A stretch of DNA of 64,000 nt from a virus. Taxonomy: Duplodnaviria; Caudoviricetes. Below are positions 29,326 to 38,560 of the stretch, piece after piece (position 1 is the stretch's first letter; every line of letters begins with the position of its first letter). The translations under genes and the position numbers were made by a program. The DNA is taken from the IMG/VR virus record IMGVR_UViG_2772190661_000001, positions 32,001 through 96,000 of that record, one strand, 5' to 3'. A model generated the notes under the pieces. That model ran no database searches. It was not told where the DNA came from and saw only the letters and a program-made list of their open reading frames with translations.

Positions 29326-29627
29326 GGCTGCACGCCGTCCCATTCCTGCCAGGCGTGGAACAACTCCTTGATCGCAGACGTAGGCTTCGGCGCCTCGGCC
29401 CACGCCTCGTCCTGACCGGCCAGCTCGAATGCGATCTCGAACGCCTGCCGGAGCGCGGTGACGTCCTCCGCCTCGCACGCCTCCAGCACCCGCAGGTCGA
29501 TGTCCTGGATGTACGGCAGCGTCCAGTCGCGGTCCTTGCCGTCGCCGCCGGGCCAGACGAACTCGAACGGCTCCTTTTTGATCTCGGCGTACCTGGCCGT
29601 CAGGTTGAACTTCACGCGCTCAGCCAC
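29187..29627 (-). CDS. Tail assembly chaperone (gpG-like)
   Basis: Between tail tube and tape measure genes; contains CCG GGG GAA. Confidence 0.8.
   Translation of the reverse strand: MAERVKFNLTARYAEIKKEPFEFVWPGGDGKDRDWTLPYIQDIDLRVLEACEAEDVTALRQAFEIAFELAGQDEAWAEAPKPTSAIKELFHAWQEWDGVQPGESEASSDSSTSTGRPSKQTSRGSTKSGSRQRSSARAGTAAAPGS
29319..29325 (-). promoter_or_regulatory. Programmed -1 ribosomal frameshift site GGGGGAA
   Basis: G GGG GAA in the chaperone frame; same heptamer class as in mycobacteriophage tail chaperones. Confidence 0.8.
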
Positions 29628-30075
29628 GGCCGACCGCCTCGTCCACCGCGGCGCCGATCGGGTCCGCGGCCGGCGGCGTCCAGCCCGGGATCTCCTCGCG
29701 CGGATCCGGGCCCTCGCCAGCGCCCCACACAGACCGCGGCCGCTTCTCCGGCTTCGGCAGCAGACCCATCGCGTCGAGCTTCTCGACGACCTCGGGCCGC
29801 ACACCCGCCGCCTCGTTCACAGCAGCCTGGACCTCGCGGCGAATCATCGCCACGATCTCGGCCATCGCATCCTCGGGGACGTCGACCTCGGGGTCCGGGT
29901 CAACGTCGACCTCGTGCTCGGTGGCGATCAGCGCCCGGGCGCCGCAGCCGCGGGCGAACTTGTCCCAGTCGCTGCCGGCGAACACGGCCGGGGCGCAGCG
30001 GTCGAGGACGAGCGCGAACGGCGAGCCGTCGTCGGACTCACCGCGCGGCAGGTACAGAAAGCGGAGTCGTGCCAT
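29620..30075 (-). CDS. Hypothetical protein between tail tube and chaperone genes
   Basis: AAGGAG RBS; ARLRFLYLP...PFALVLD. Confidence 0.6.
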   Translation of the reverse strand: MARLRFLYLPRGESDDGSPFALVLDRCAPAVFAGSDWDKFARGCGARALIATEHEVDVDPDPEVDVPEDAMAEIVAMIRREVQAAVNEAAGVRPEVVEKLDAMGLLPKPEKRPRSVWGAGEGPDPREEIPGWTPPAADPIGAAVDEAVGRG

Positions 30076-30164
30076 GTGCGGGTTCTCCTTGCGGGATGTG
30101 CGGGTCGGATGGTTCGAGACGCTGGCGGCCAACCCGCACGGTGGCCGCCAGCGCCGGTCTGGGG

Positions 30165-30719
30165 TTAGAGCGCGAGGTCGTCGTCGAGGTAGTAGCGGTA
30201 GACCCAGAAGCCATTGACGTCCATGTATGCGGACAGCTCCCACTCATACACGGTGATACCGCCGGCCGACCACAGGACGTCACCCCTGTTCGTAACCTCA
30301 CCGCTCGGCACCACGAGCCGCAGCGCGCGGTTACCGTCGATGCCGTGCAGGACCCACGGCCGCACGTCGGTGCCCGGCGGGCGCTCGGCGACCGACACGC
30401 CCTCGGACGTCTGCGTGATGACCGACCCGGAGTACTGAATGCCCAGGGTGGTCAGGTTCGTCTCAGCAGCAGCAAAAGTGAAGACTTTCGATGCCTGGCC
30501 GGGGATGCGGCGGGCCAGCGCGTTCTTCTGCCACACAAATACATCGGTTCGGTCCTGAGAAGTCGCCTCGGAGATGCCGTCCTCCGAGATCGCGCCCACC
30601 GGGTTCGCGCCCGACGGTAGCGGCGACGACGCGTTGGTCGGGAGCGTGAAGCTGCCGCCCTCGACGGAGGTGGCCACAAGGCCATCCGTGTAGGCCCTGA
30701 TCAGGCTGACGTCGACCAT
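30165..30719 (-). CDS. Major tail (tube) protein
   Basis: VGAISEDGISE...VWQ...FTFAAAETN...VVPSGEVT siphovirus tube motifs; AAGGAG RBS. Confidence 0.85.
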   Translation of the reverse strand: MVDVSLIRAYTDGLVATSVEGGSFTLPTNASSPLPSGANPVGAISEDGISEATSQDRTDVFVWQKNALARRIPGQASKVFTFAAAETNLTTLGIQYSGSVITQTSEGVSVAERPPGTDVRPWVLHGIDGNRALRLVVPSGEVTNRGDVLWSAGGITVYEWELSAYMDVNGFWVYRYYLDDDLAL

Positions 30720-30792
30720 GGGTCACTCCTTGAGCATGGTGATGGACCCGACGGCCGCGCCGGGCAAGAAAGGACGAAGAGGTGCTTCGCGG

Positions 30793-31122
30793 TCAGGCGG
30801 TCCGGAAGGCCTGGAGCTTCACGTCCGCGTGGTCGACGCCGACCTCCAGCGAAGCGCCGTAGCGGGTCGTGTCGAACGGTCCGACGTAGCGGGTCCCGGA
30901 TGCCGGCACGGACACGCTTCGGGCCGTGATGGGCTGGCCGTCGACCGAACCCTTGAGGTTGATCGTCATGGTCCGGGGTGTCACGCCGTTGTTGCGTGCG
31001 ACGATGAACGTCGATCCACTGTTGGCGACGGAATGCGCATTCACGGGATCGCCGTTGACCTCGGTGGCAGGCGCTACGCCCGCCTTGGTGATCACGGTGA
31101 CGGGTACGGCAACGCGCGCCAT
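30793..31122 (-). CDS. Small virion-associated protein
   Basis: GGAGG RBS; beta-rich 109 aa, SVSVPASGTRYVGPF. Confidence 0.65.
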   Translation of the reverse strand: MARVAVPVTVITKAGVAPATEVNGDPVNAHSVANSGSTFIVARNNGVTPRTMTINLKGSVDGQPITARSVSVPASGTRYVGPFDTTRYGASLEVGVDHADVKLQAFRTA

Positions 31123-31174
31123 GGCTACCTCCGGGCATGGTGAAGTGGCCGAGCCCCGAGGCGGGTCGGCTGGA

Positions 31175-31768
31175 TCAGATGGGTGGGATCCGTTGGAAGC
31201 GTTCGCGGTAGACGGCGGATTGCGCCTGCTCAAGATCCTTAATCGGATCATCGATAAGAATCAATTCTGCGGGCCGTCCGGTCACACTGCCAGCCACGCC
31301 GGCACAGAACACCCCGCCCTTACGTCCCTCGATCTGCCAGCGCCCCGCAGCACGCGAATCCGCGCGCAGCCGCACACCGAGGTCCACCGTGCCCTCGTCG
31401 CCGTTGAAGGTCTCGAAGTCCCGCTTGATGTCCGCGCCCCAACGCCTGGCGATCTCGTCGGAGTAACTGATGATGATCGTCCGGAGGTCTTGATCAACGT
31501 CGGCCATCAGCCACGTCGGGAACCGGTACGACACCGTGCTCGACTTCGCCTCCTGTGGCGGCATCGAGATGATGAGCCGGTCCTCGCGGCCCTCGGCCAC
31601 GTCGACCAGCGACGCGTTGATCAGTTCCAGGGCAGGCGTGCGCACGATCGTCGGGTCGAGCGCCTGAGCCATGTCCAGCGGCGACGCCCAGCGCCGGGTC
31701 CGCGGCTTCATCAGCCGCGCCGCCTCGCGCATCGCGGCGCGCACGTCGAGGAGCCCGGACACGCTCAC
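31175..31768 (-). pseudogene. terL: Truncated terminase large subunit (partial ATPase domain only)
   Basis: LIISMPPQEAKS Walker A and LILIDDPIKD Walker B; stops about 20 aa later with no nuclease domain. Confidence 0.85.
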
Positions 31769-31943
31769 CTCGCAGGTGGGTGTCCGGCCGTACCGCGGGG
31801 AGTAGAGCGGCACGGCCGGACGCGCGATCCCCCACAGGACACGCCACTCGCCACGGCCCGATCTGCCGCGGTGAGAGTCAGGGTTGCCCGGTCGTCTTCA
31901 CGGGCGCGAGCGGGACCACACGGTCACCACTTCTTAGCCTCGG

Positions 31944-31972
31944 AGTGAACAGCTGATATAGCCCCCAGTCAA
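31944..31972 (-). promoter_or_regulatory. Putative late promoter
   Basis: TTGACT-17 bp-TTCACT upstream of terL. Confidence 0.35.
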
Positions 31973-32259
31973 GCAGGCGTCGTCCGGCGGTGCGGTCTGC
32001 GCCCGGCCCAGAACGGCCGGCGTGGTTTCGGCTTGCCCTGCATGTCGTGCCGGGCTTCGACGCCGCGGCGGTCCATCTCGTCCTGGACCGCGTGCCCGTC
32101 GTAGAGCGCGCGCCGGGTGGCGGGGTCGTAGCGGACGGGCCGGCAGTATTTGCGGATGGTGTTCGCGGCGACGCCGAGCATGTGGGCGAGGGTGTCGCGG
32201 TCGGCGTGGATGGTGTCGCCGACGAACTCGCGGACGAGGACCGGGGTACGGGCGGTCAT
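31969..32259 (-). CDS. HTH DNA-binding protein (possible late regulator)
   Basis: DRDTLAHMLGVAANTIRKY. Confidence 0.6.
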   Translation of the reverse strand: MTARTPVLVREFVGDTIHADRDTLAHMLGVAANTIRKYCRPVRYDPATRRALYDGHAVQDEMDRRGVEARHDMQGKPKPRRPFWAGRRPHRRTTPA

Positions 32260-32621
32260 GCCTTCCACTCCTCGCGCCATCCTTCGCGGCCGGCGTATGG
32301 CTGGGCGAGCGCGTGAACGGCGTCCGACCACGCGTCGTTGTATCCGCCGTAGCCGGGCCCGAGGTCGAGGATTCGCCGCTTGGCGTCGATCTCGGCCAGG
32401 ACGCGTGTCGGGTCCCAGCGGGCCATGTGCACGCCGGACTTGCGCAGGCTGCCGCCCCAGGGCCCGGTCGCAAGAAAGCCGTTGCCGCCAGTGCCGACCA
32501 TGTTGACGTCGCCCTCGTCGCAGGCCGCCCATTCGGTTGTGCTGTGATCGGCGGCGGCGGACGCGACCCGCTCGTCCTCGTCGAGCTGCGTGCGCAGAAA
32601 CGCCACCAGCTCGGCGGTCAT
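32256..32621 (-). CDS. DUF6221-family phage protein
   Basis: LVAFLRTQLDEDE...DPTRVLAEIDAKRRIL...LAQPY...GWREEW. Confidence 0.8.
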   Translation of the reverse strand: MTAELVAFLRTQLDEDERVASAAADHSTTEWAACDEGDVNMVGTGGNGFLATGPWGGSLRKSGVHMARWDPTRVLAEIDAKRRILDLGPGYGGYNDAWSDAVHALAQPYAGREGWREEWKA

Positions 32622-32926
32622 GCCGCCGCCTCCGTCGCAGCGCGGACCAGCTGGTCGAGGTAGTTCGGTGGGGCGAACGCGTCGCCGTACATCGGGTGCT
32701 CCGGCGGGATGGTCTTGAGCCGGAAGTTGCCGAGCCTGCAGATGTCCTCCCACTTCTCCACCCACCGTTTGCCGCGCGAGAAGACGCGGACGGTGATTCG
32801 GTCGTGGCCGTTGCCGGGGTTGACGAGGGTGACGTAGGCGCGGGCTCCGACGGCGGCGGTCGGCGTGGGGCGCATGTAGTTGCACTGGATGACCTGCCGG
32901 TCGCTGTCGCCGTTCATGCCGCCCAC
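32618..32926 (-). CDS. Hypothetical phage protein
   Basis: Coupled ORF; SRGKRWVEKWE motif. Confidence 0.6.
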   Translation of the reverse strand: MGGMNGDSDRQVIQCNYMRPTPTAAVGARAYVTLVNPGNGHDRITVRVFSRGKRWVEKWEDICRLGNFRLKTIPPEHPMYGDAFAPPNYLDQLVRAATEAAA

Positions 32927-32953
32927 GGTATCCGCCGTCGCGCTGCCCTCGCG

Positions 32954-33673
32954 CTATCCGACCTGCCGGAAGCGTGGGCTCCCCCAGATCGGTGACACCT
33001 CGACGCGCGCGCCCGGATACGGGGCGTGGACCATGAGCCCGTCGCCGAGGTACAGGCCGACGTGTCCGGGGAGGACGACGATCGCGCCCGGCTCGGCCTG
33101 CGACCTGGACACGCCTCGCCCGCGTTGGGCTTGTGCCCCGGTGTAGTGCGGGAGCCGCACGCCGGCCTGTGCCCAGGCGGCCATGGTCAGCCCGGAGCAG
33201 TCGTACCCGCCCGGCCCGACGCCGTTCTCGATGTACGGCTTCCCGACCTGGGCGAGCGCGAAGTCAACGGCGGGATGCGACGAGCGCGGGCGGCGCGGCT
33301 TGGACGAGGCGGGACGTCCCCGCTTCTTCGGCGCGTTCTTGCCCTTGGCCGGCGTGGACTCGGCGCGCTTCTCGGCCCGGCGCTCGCTGCTCCCCCGGCT
33401 GGCCCGGACGGCGCGCTCCTGCCGCTCGACGGCCTCCGACATGGCGGCCAGCTCGGCACGCGCGGTCAGCGCCTCCCGCTGGACGGGGAGTCCTGCTCCT
33501 AATTTGCTGCCAGTTGCTCCCAAGTTAGGAGCAGGACTCAGCTCGACGGCCGCCGGTATGCGGGTCCGGTGCTGGTCCTGCGCGGCCGCCGTGGCGGCCT
33601 GGTCCGGGGCGAGCAGCGCCGGCATCCCGACGGCGGTTGCGGTGAGGAGGGTGACGGCGATGCGTACGCGCAT
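32954..33673 (-). CDS. Secreted NlpC/P60 peptidoglycan hydrolase
   Basis: Signal peptide; AQVGKPY...GYDCSGL...HVGLYLGDGLMVHA catalytic motifs. Confidence 0.9.
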   Translation of the reverse strand: MRVRIAVTLLTATAVGMPALLAPDQAATAAAQDQHRTRIPAAVELSPAPNLGATGSKLGAGLPVQREALTARAELAAMSEAVERQERAVRASRGSSERRAEKRAESTPAKGKNAPKKRGRPASSKPRRPRSSHPAVDFALAQVGKPYIENGVGPGGYDCSGLTMAAWAQAGVRLPHYTGAQAQRGRGVSRSQAEPGAIVVLPGHVGLYLGDGLMVHAPYPGARVEVSPIWGSPRFRQVG

Positions 33674-33862
33674 GCGGCTCCGTTGGTCGGCCCGGTGCTC
33701 GCGTGCGTGGCCTGTTGGACCGGGCGCGGGTGCGCTGGTCGCGGTGTGGTGCTGGTCAGGCTCCCGGGCGGTGTCACGTCGGGCATTGTGCGCAGACGCG
33801 GGGCGCGCGGGTGGCGTTCTACTGCGGGATTGGGCCTGACTTTCACTCGGCGTGGGTACGCA

Positions 33863-33899
33863 GTGGACCGGGAGTAAGCGATGCTCACTCCCGGTCCAC
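33863..33899. terminator. Strong stem-loop
   Basis: 13-bp inverted repeat GTGGACCGGGAGT / ACTCCCGGTCCAC just after a stop codon. Confidence 0.6.
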
Positions 33900-33903
33900 A
33901 AGG

Positions 33904-34197
33904 TCAGTACAGCCGGATCGGCCGCCGCAGCGCCTCCTGCAGCGCAGCCTCGGCCGCATCCTCGTCAATCACGTACGCCTGGCCCTCCGGCATGATCGAC
34001 GACGGCTTGACCGTCACCCGCTGCGCCCCAGACTGCTCAACCGCGGCGCTGACCATGTCGGCCTGGTCGGGGTGGCAGATGACCGTCCGGCGCGGGTGGA
34101 TGGCGTCGTAGATGGCGTTCATCTCCGCGAGCAGCGCGTCCACGTCGAGCGGAGGCGACGGCTGCGGCGGCTTGATGCGGAGGTGGCCCAGGTCCAT
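33904..34197 (-). CDS. Hypothetical phage protein
   Basis: TGATG coupling to the upstream gene. Confidence 0.5.
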   Translation of the reverse strand: MDLGHLRIKPPQPSPPLDVDALLAEMNAIYDAIHPRRTVICHPDQADMVSAAVEQSGAQRVTVKPSSIMPEGQAYVIDEDAAEAALQEALRRPIRLY

Positions 34198-35102
34198 CAG
34201 ATCCGCCCCGCCATCGCGTCCGCCCACGCCCGGCGAGACGGCTCGTCGTCCAGCCGGAAGTCCGGCGCGGGCCCGCCGTTCTTCGGTGCCGTGCCGAGGT
34301 CGTCCCACCACGAGACGCCCCGGCAGCCCTCGGCGCGCAGCCTGGCCACGCACGCCACCATCAGCTCTGCGCGCCGGCCGCCGGTCGGGTCGTCCGGCCG
34401 CTTGGCGATGCCGAACTCCGGCAGGAACGGGGCGGTCCCGGTCACCTCAGCGAGGGTGAGCGGCGCCCACAGCAACTCGGCAACAGTCGGGTACGGCTTC
34501 CACGAGCGCGCGTACGTGTCAACGGCCGGGGCGCCCACGCCCGGCAGGTAAATCGAAAGGTCCCGGCCGCCCTTGTCCTCGACCCAGATGTTCGCGTCGA
34601 TGTGGACCAGCTCGACGATGCCGCCCTGGCCGAACTCGGCCAGCATGTTCGCGAGGACGAACTGGCGCCGCCGGTACTCGCGCGGGTCCGCGTCCTTCGG
34701 CCCGGGCTCGTGCATGTGGGAGATCAGGTAGTGCGGGAGCCCGTCGCGGCGCGGCGCCATGTTCGCAGGCGGTAGCCAGGCGCGGAGCATCTTCCGGGCG
34801 GTGTCGTCGTCTCCCCAGTCCTTGAAGCTGACGTGTGGGATCACACCTGGGCAGAGCTGCTGGACCTCGTTGATGCGCTGGTCGTCGTGGGGGCGCTGCC
34901 TGTCGTCGAGGACGGTGCGGGGCGGGATGCCCTTGCCGGGGCCGCCGAAGATCCGGGTCATGCGGGCGGCGGGCCAGCGGGCGAGGCGGGTGCCGTAGTC
35001 CTTGGGGTCGCAGGTGATGCCGACGAGCATGGCCGCCGGCGGGTAGGTGATCGTGACGGTGGCGGGCTGGCCGGTGTTGGTCGTACCGGTAATCGTGGTC
35101 AT
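34197..35102 (-). CDS. Glycoside hydrolase-like (clan GH-A/GH26-like TIM barrel)
   Basis: HVSFK, HMHEP (acid/base), DTY, FLPEFG (nucleophile) and WWD motifs. Confidence 0.55.
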   Translation of the reverse strand: MTTITGTTNTGQPATVTITYPPAAMLVGITCDPKDYGTRLARWPAARMTRIFGGPGKGIPPRTVLDDRQRPHDDQRINEVQQLCPGVIPHVSFKDWGDDDTARKMLRAWLPPANMAPRRDGLPHYLISHMHEPGPKDADPREYRRRQFVLANMLAEFGQGGIVELVHIDANIWVEDKGGRDLSIYLPGVGAPAVDTYARSWKPYPTVAELLWAPLTLAEVTGTAPFLPEFGIAKRPDDPTGGRRAELMVACVARLRAEGCRGVSWWDDLGTAPKNGGPAPDFRLDDEPSRRAWADAMAGRI

Positions 35103-35776
35103 GCGATCTCTCCTTGGTGGCGTGCGACGGCGTCGCGGACGGCGCGGGCAAGGTCAGGGTCGGGCCGGTCGGTGTAGACCATGACCACCTCGGTTTTGGC
35201 GGGCAGCATCGTCGCCACCCGGATCGGGGCCGGGCTGCCCCCGTAGCTGCGCTGCTCTCGGCCGACGGTCCGGCCGTGCTCGTTCTTGATCTCGACGGTC
35301 TCGACGCGGCGGACCGAGGTCACGTGCTGGGTGATGCACTGGGTTCCGCCGTGGGGTGGCAGGAGTTCCCAGTGGCTGGCCTCGGTGCAGGCGTGGCAGC
35401 ACAGGTCAGCGGGCGCTTCGCAGTTGCGGTTACGCATGTCGCAGCACGCGGCGGCGGGCGGCTGCGTACTGGCCGGCGGCTCGTCGCGCTCGTGGCAGCC
35501 GAGGTCGACGGCCCAGGCGCGTTCGAGCCAGCCGCGGTCGACCTGGTCGTGCATCGGGTCCCAGAAGTGCGAGCCGCGCTCGGTGTTGCGGGCGAGGTCG
35601 TCGAGGACCCGCTCCTCCAGGAGCCGCTTGAGGGCTGCGCACGGGGCGCAGCAGATCGGGCAGCAGCCGCCGACCTCGGGGTCTTCGGTGGCCGACCACA
35701 GCGAGGACAGGGCGTGCGAGGTGAGTTGGGCGGCCGTCTCGCGCGGCAGGGTGTACATCAGTGCCAGGTTGTTCAT
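35099..35776 (-). CDS. Cys-rich hypothetical phage protein
   Basis: GAGGAG RBS; multiple CC/CxxC motifs. Confidence 0.55.
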   Translation of the reverse strand: MNNLALMYTLPRETAAQLTSHALSSLWSATEDPEVGGCCPICCAPCAALKRLLEERVLDDLARNTERGSHFWDPMHDQVDRGWLERAWAVDLGCHERDEPPASTQPPAAACCDMRNRNCEAPADLCCHACTEASHWELLPPHGGTQCITQHVTSVRRVETVEIKNEHGRTVGREQRSYGGSPAPIRVATMLPAKTEVVMVYTDRPDPDLARAVRDAVARHQGEIA

Positions 35777-35785
35777 GCGGGCTCC

Positions 35786-36061
35786 TCAGAGGATGACGGT
35801 GCACGCGCCGCACAGCGCGTACGTGACGAGCAGGACGAGCCCGACCGCGGCCGCGAGCCGGAGACGGGCGAGCCGCTTCCACCCGCGTAGAGGCCGCCCG
35901 TAGACGGCTCCGCGTTCGGCGTGACGGCCGGAGATCCGGTGGACGGGCGGCGGCGGGGTGAGGAGTTCGGCTACGGCGGCGGCGCCGACGAGCAGGTGCC
36001 GGCCGATCCGGGCCCACAGTTCACGGCGGGTCGGCGGTGGGGCCCAGGGCGCGCGGGTCAC
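35786..36061 (-). CDS. Small membrane protein
   Basis: GTGA overlap; C-terminal TM. Confidence 0.45.
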   Translation of the reverse strand: MTRAPWAPPPTRRELWARIGRHLLVGAAAVAELLTPPPPVHRISGRHAERGAVYGRPLRGWKRLARLRLAAAVGLVLLVTYALCGACTVIL

Positions 36062-37287
36062 GCCGCCACCTGCTCGTGGACGGCGATGCAGCGGCCGATC
36101 TCGGGCCGGAACATGCGCTTCGAGTCGCGCGGTTCGGTGACGTCGTGCCAGCCGACCGGGAGCCTGCCGCCACAGTCGCTGCACGCCGGCGCCCACGGCG
36201 AGGCCTGCGCGCGCTCGGCATCCTCGGTCGAGTACCGGCGCCGCTTGTCGACCGGCCAGTGGCGTTGGATCTGGACGGCGAGGTCGAGCCAGCCGCGCCC
36301 CTGCGCCCATGACGAGCGGCAGCGCCCGCAGTCGACCATGGTCGTGTGCGGGTCCTGCCACAGCGAGAAACCGCACGGCTGCTCGGCGCCGCTGTCGCGG
36401 TCGGTGAGCAGCGTCGGGCACCGGCCCAGATACGTTTCATCGCGGGTCTCGCCCAGGGCGCGCTCGAGTTCGGAGTGCAGGGCGCGCAGCTCGGCGTGCA
36501 GGCGGGGGATGCCGCCGAGGTTCCGGTCGCAGGCTTCGTCGAGCCAGCGGAGCAGCCAGCGCACGTCCCGGTCGGCGGCGGCGACGGTCCGGACGGCCCC
36601 GAACCGGGCACCCCACTCACCTGCGGCGGTGTCGGCGTGCTGGCCGGGGCCGGGCCCGAGCAGCATCCAGCCGACGGACATGCGCGGCTCGGCGTCGTCC
36701 TGGTCGGCGGCGATCCCGGTCGGTTCGCGGCCGGGGACGGACAGGCCCGCCTCGCGCCGCCACGCTGCGACGGTCGCGCGCAGCCACTCGACCGGCGGGA
36801 TGGAGCCGACCTGGTCGTCCGGGAGGGCGTAGAGCTGCCGTCCGTCGGGGCCGGTGACGGGCTCCTGGGTCCAGGTGACGATCTGCTGCTCGCGGGCGGT
36901 GGCCATGGTCCCGCCTCCGGCGAGCCGCACGGTCCCGGCGACGGTGACGGTGGAGAGTACGGCCGTCTTGCGGACGAGCGGCTGCAGGGCCCGGTGGTCA
37001 CGGATGACGGTCGCCGCGCCGGGCCCGAGGAGTGACAGGACGTCGAGCCGGGCCGGGGTTGGGCTGCCGGTCCGGGAGGTGGTGACGCGCTCCCCCTGCG
37101 GCGTCGACCCGGGCAGGAGGCAGAGGGCGAGCCGGGCGATCTGGCCGGGCATGGCGGTCAGCCAGTCGGACATGCGGACCCGGCAGACGGGGCAAGCCGC
37201 GCCTTCGTGTGGGCGGCGGTGTCCGCAGCACGGGCACGGGAGGTCAGGCGTTCGGACGATATCGGGCGTTTCAACGTTGCGCGTCAT
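36058..37287 (-). CDS. Zn-finger phage protein (possible late-gene regulator)
   Basis: Several CxxC pairs; PTPARLDVLSL and LGRCP motifs seen in actinophage proteins before structural genes. Confidence 0.6.
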   Translation of the reverse strand: MTRNVETPDIVRTPDLPCPCCGHRRPHEGAACPVCRVRMSDWLTAMPGQIARLALCLLPGSTPQGERVTTSRTGSPTPARLDVLSLLGPGAATVIRDHRALQPLVRKTAVLSTVTVAGTVRLAGGGTMATAREQQIVTWTQEPVTGPDGRQLYALPDDQVGSIPPVEWLRATVAAWRREAGLSVPGREPTGIAADQDDAEPRMSVGWMLLGPGPGQHADTAAGEWGARFGAVRTVAAADRDVRWLLRWLDEACDRNLGGIPRLHAELRALHSELERALGETRDETYLGRCPTLLTDRDSGAEQPCGFSLWQDPHTTMVDCGRCRSSWAQGRGWLDLAVQIQRHWPVDKRRRYSTEDAERAQASPWAPACSDCGGRLPVGWHDVTEPRDSKRMFRPEIGRCIAVHEQVAA

Positions 37288-37402
37288 CGTGGTGCTCCCG
37301 TGATCGGCTACGGTGCGAGACGCGATGCAACGGGGCTGCTGGGGAGCGGTTCTAGCTGCGGGAACGGCTCGGGCGACTTCGGACGCGCTCGGGCCGTTCG
37401 GC

Positions 37403-37726
37403 TTATCTGGGCCGGGAGCCCCAGTCCTGTATCGCGGCGACCGCTCTCACGGTCCGATGGGCCAGCCGCACCGTGCGCGCGGTCGGCCGCCGGCCAGATA
37501 GCCGCACCAGGGCCGCGAGCAGCCACGGGCTGTCCGCGTCGTACGGCTCCCCCATCGCCACCACGATCTGCAGGGCGCCGAGCATGTCCGCAACCGCGTC
37601 CTCGTTGTATCGGTGCCACCACGGCAGCCCGGCGTTAACCTCGGCGCGGACCGCGGCCACCCACTCCGGGTCCGCGGCGTCCATGGCGCGCTCCATCGCC
37701 TCGATCACGTCGTCGGTGTCGGTCAT
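37403..37726 (-). CDS. Hypothetical phage protein
   Basis: ATGA overlap with the upstream gene. Confidence 0.5.
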   Translation of the reverse strand: MTDTDDVIEAMERAMDAADPEWVAAVRAEVNAGLPWWHRYNEDAVADMLGALQIVVAMGEPYDADSPWLLAALVRLSGRRPTARTVRLAHRTVRAVAAIQDWGSRPR

Positions 37727-38517
37727 GCGGCGATCCCCTTCATCGTCGGCTCGGCCGTCGCCAGGTCGATGTGACGAACGATCGACTCCCACACCCGCTC
37801 CTCCGCCGTCTGGACGCCGAGCTCGCTGAGGACTCCGACGATGACGACCTGGATGAGGACACCGACCTGCTTCGCCAGGTCGATCTTGGCTTGAGCGACG
37901 TTCGCCGAGACCGCCAGCGCGCAGAACTTGCCGACCATCTCGTGCGCCTTCCGCTCCAGCTCCGTCAGCGCCCGCACACCCTCGTCGACGGCGTAGACCA
38001 GGCCGCGGTCCGCGTCGTACTTGTGGCCGACGAGCGCGGTCACACCGCCCTGGGCGAAGACCCGGTTCAGGTCGGCGCGCGCGGTCTGGAGCTCGGGGTG
38101 TTCGTGCTGCCGCCGGCCCTGCTCGTCGACCTCGATCTGCTCGTCGATGAGGACGATCTGCTCCGCGGCGTGCGCGCGCTGGAGGCGCTCGGCGGCCTCG
38201 TACGCCTGCCCGATCAGGGAGCCGTACAGGTTGCAGCGCCACTTCCAGAACGCGATCAGGCGCAGGATTTCGACGCGCGGGTCGATGCTGGCCCCGTCGT
38301 GCCCGTCGAGGGTCCATTCGTTGAGCTGGAGACGAATCTGGCCTTTCGCGGCGTGCTCGGCCGGGGCGACGCCGGCGTGCCGGAGGCAGCCGGTGGTGCC
38401 GGGGGTGACCCATTGGCCGCACCAGCCGCCGCGGTTGTTCTTGTGCCGGTGGTGGCCGCATTTCTTCGGGTCGGTGGGCGGTGGCCCCATGGCGTTGTCG
38501 TTCCGCATGACCTTCAC
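37723..38517 (-). CDS. Putative terminase small subunit (HGGxSTG-like Zn knuckle)
   Basis: KCG...C...GTTGCLRHAG followed by a helical body. Confidence 0.55.
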   Translation of the reverse strand: MKVMRNDNAMGPPPTDPKKCGHHRHKNNRGGWCGQWVTPGTTGCLRHAGVAPAEHAAKGQIRLQLNEWTLDGHDGASIDPRVEILRLIAFWKWRCNLYGSLIGQAYEAAERLQRAHAAEQIVLIDEQIEVDEQGRRQHEHPELQTARADLNRVFAQGGVTALVGHKYDADRGLVYAVDEGVRALTELERKAHEMVGKFCALAVSANVAQAKIDLAKQVGVLIQVVIVGVLSELGVQTAEERVWESIVRHIDLATAEPTMKGIAA

Positions 38518-38560
38518 CTCCGTCTCGTCTCGGACCTCAACCTTGTATCAGGTTGTCGCG

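Noticed and set aside
33674-33860. c-di-AMP (ydaO) riboswitch upstream of NlpC/P60
   Set aside because: Expected from context, but I could not find the conserved motifs; an Infernal search would settle it
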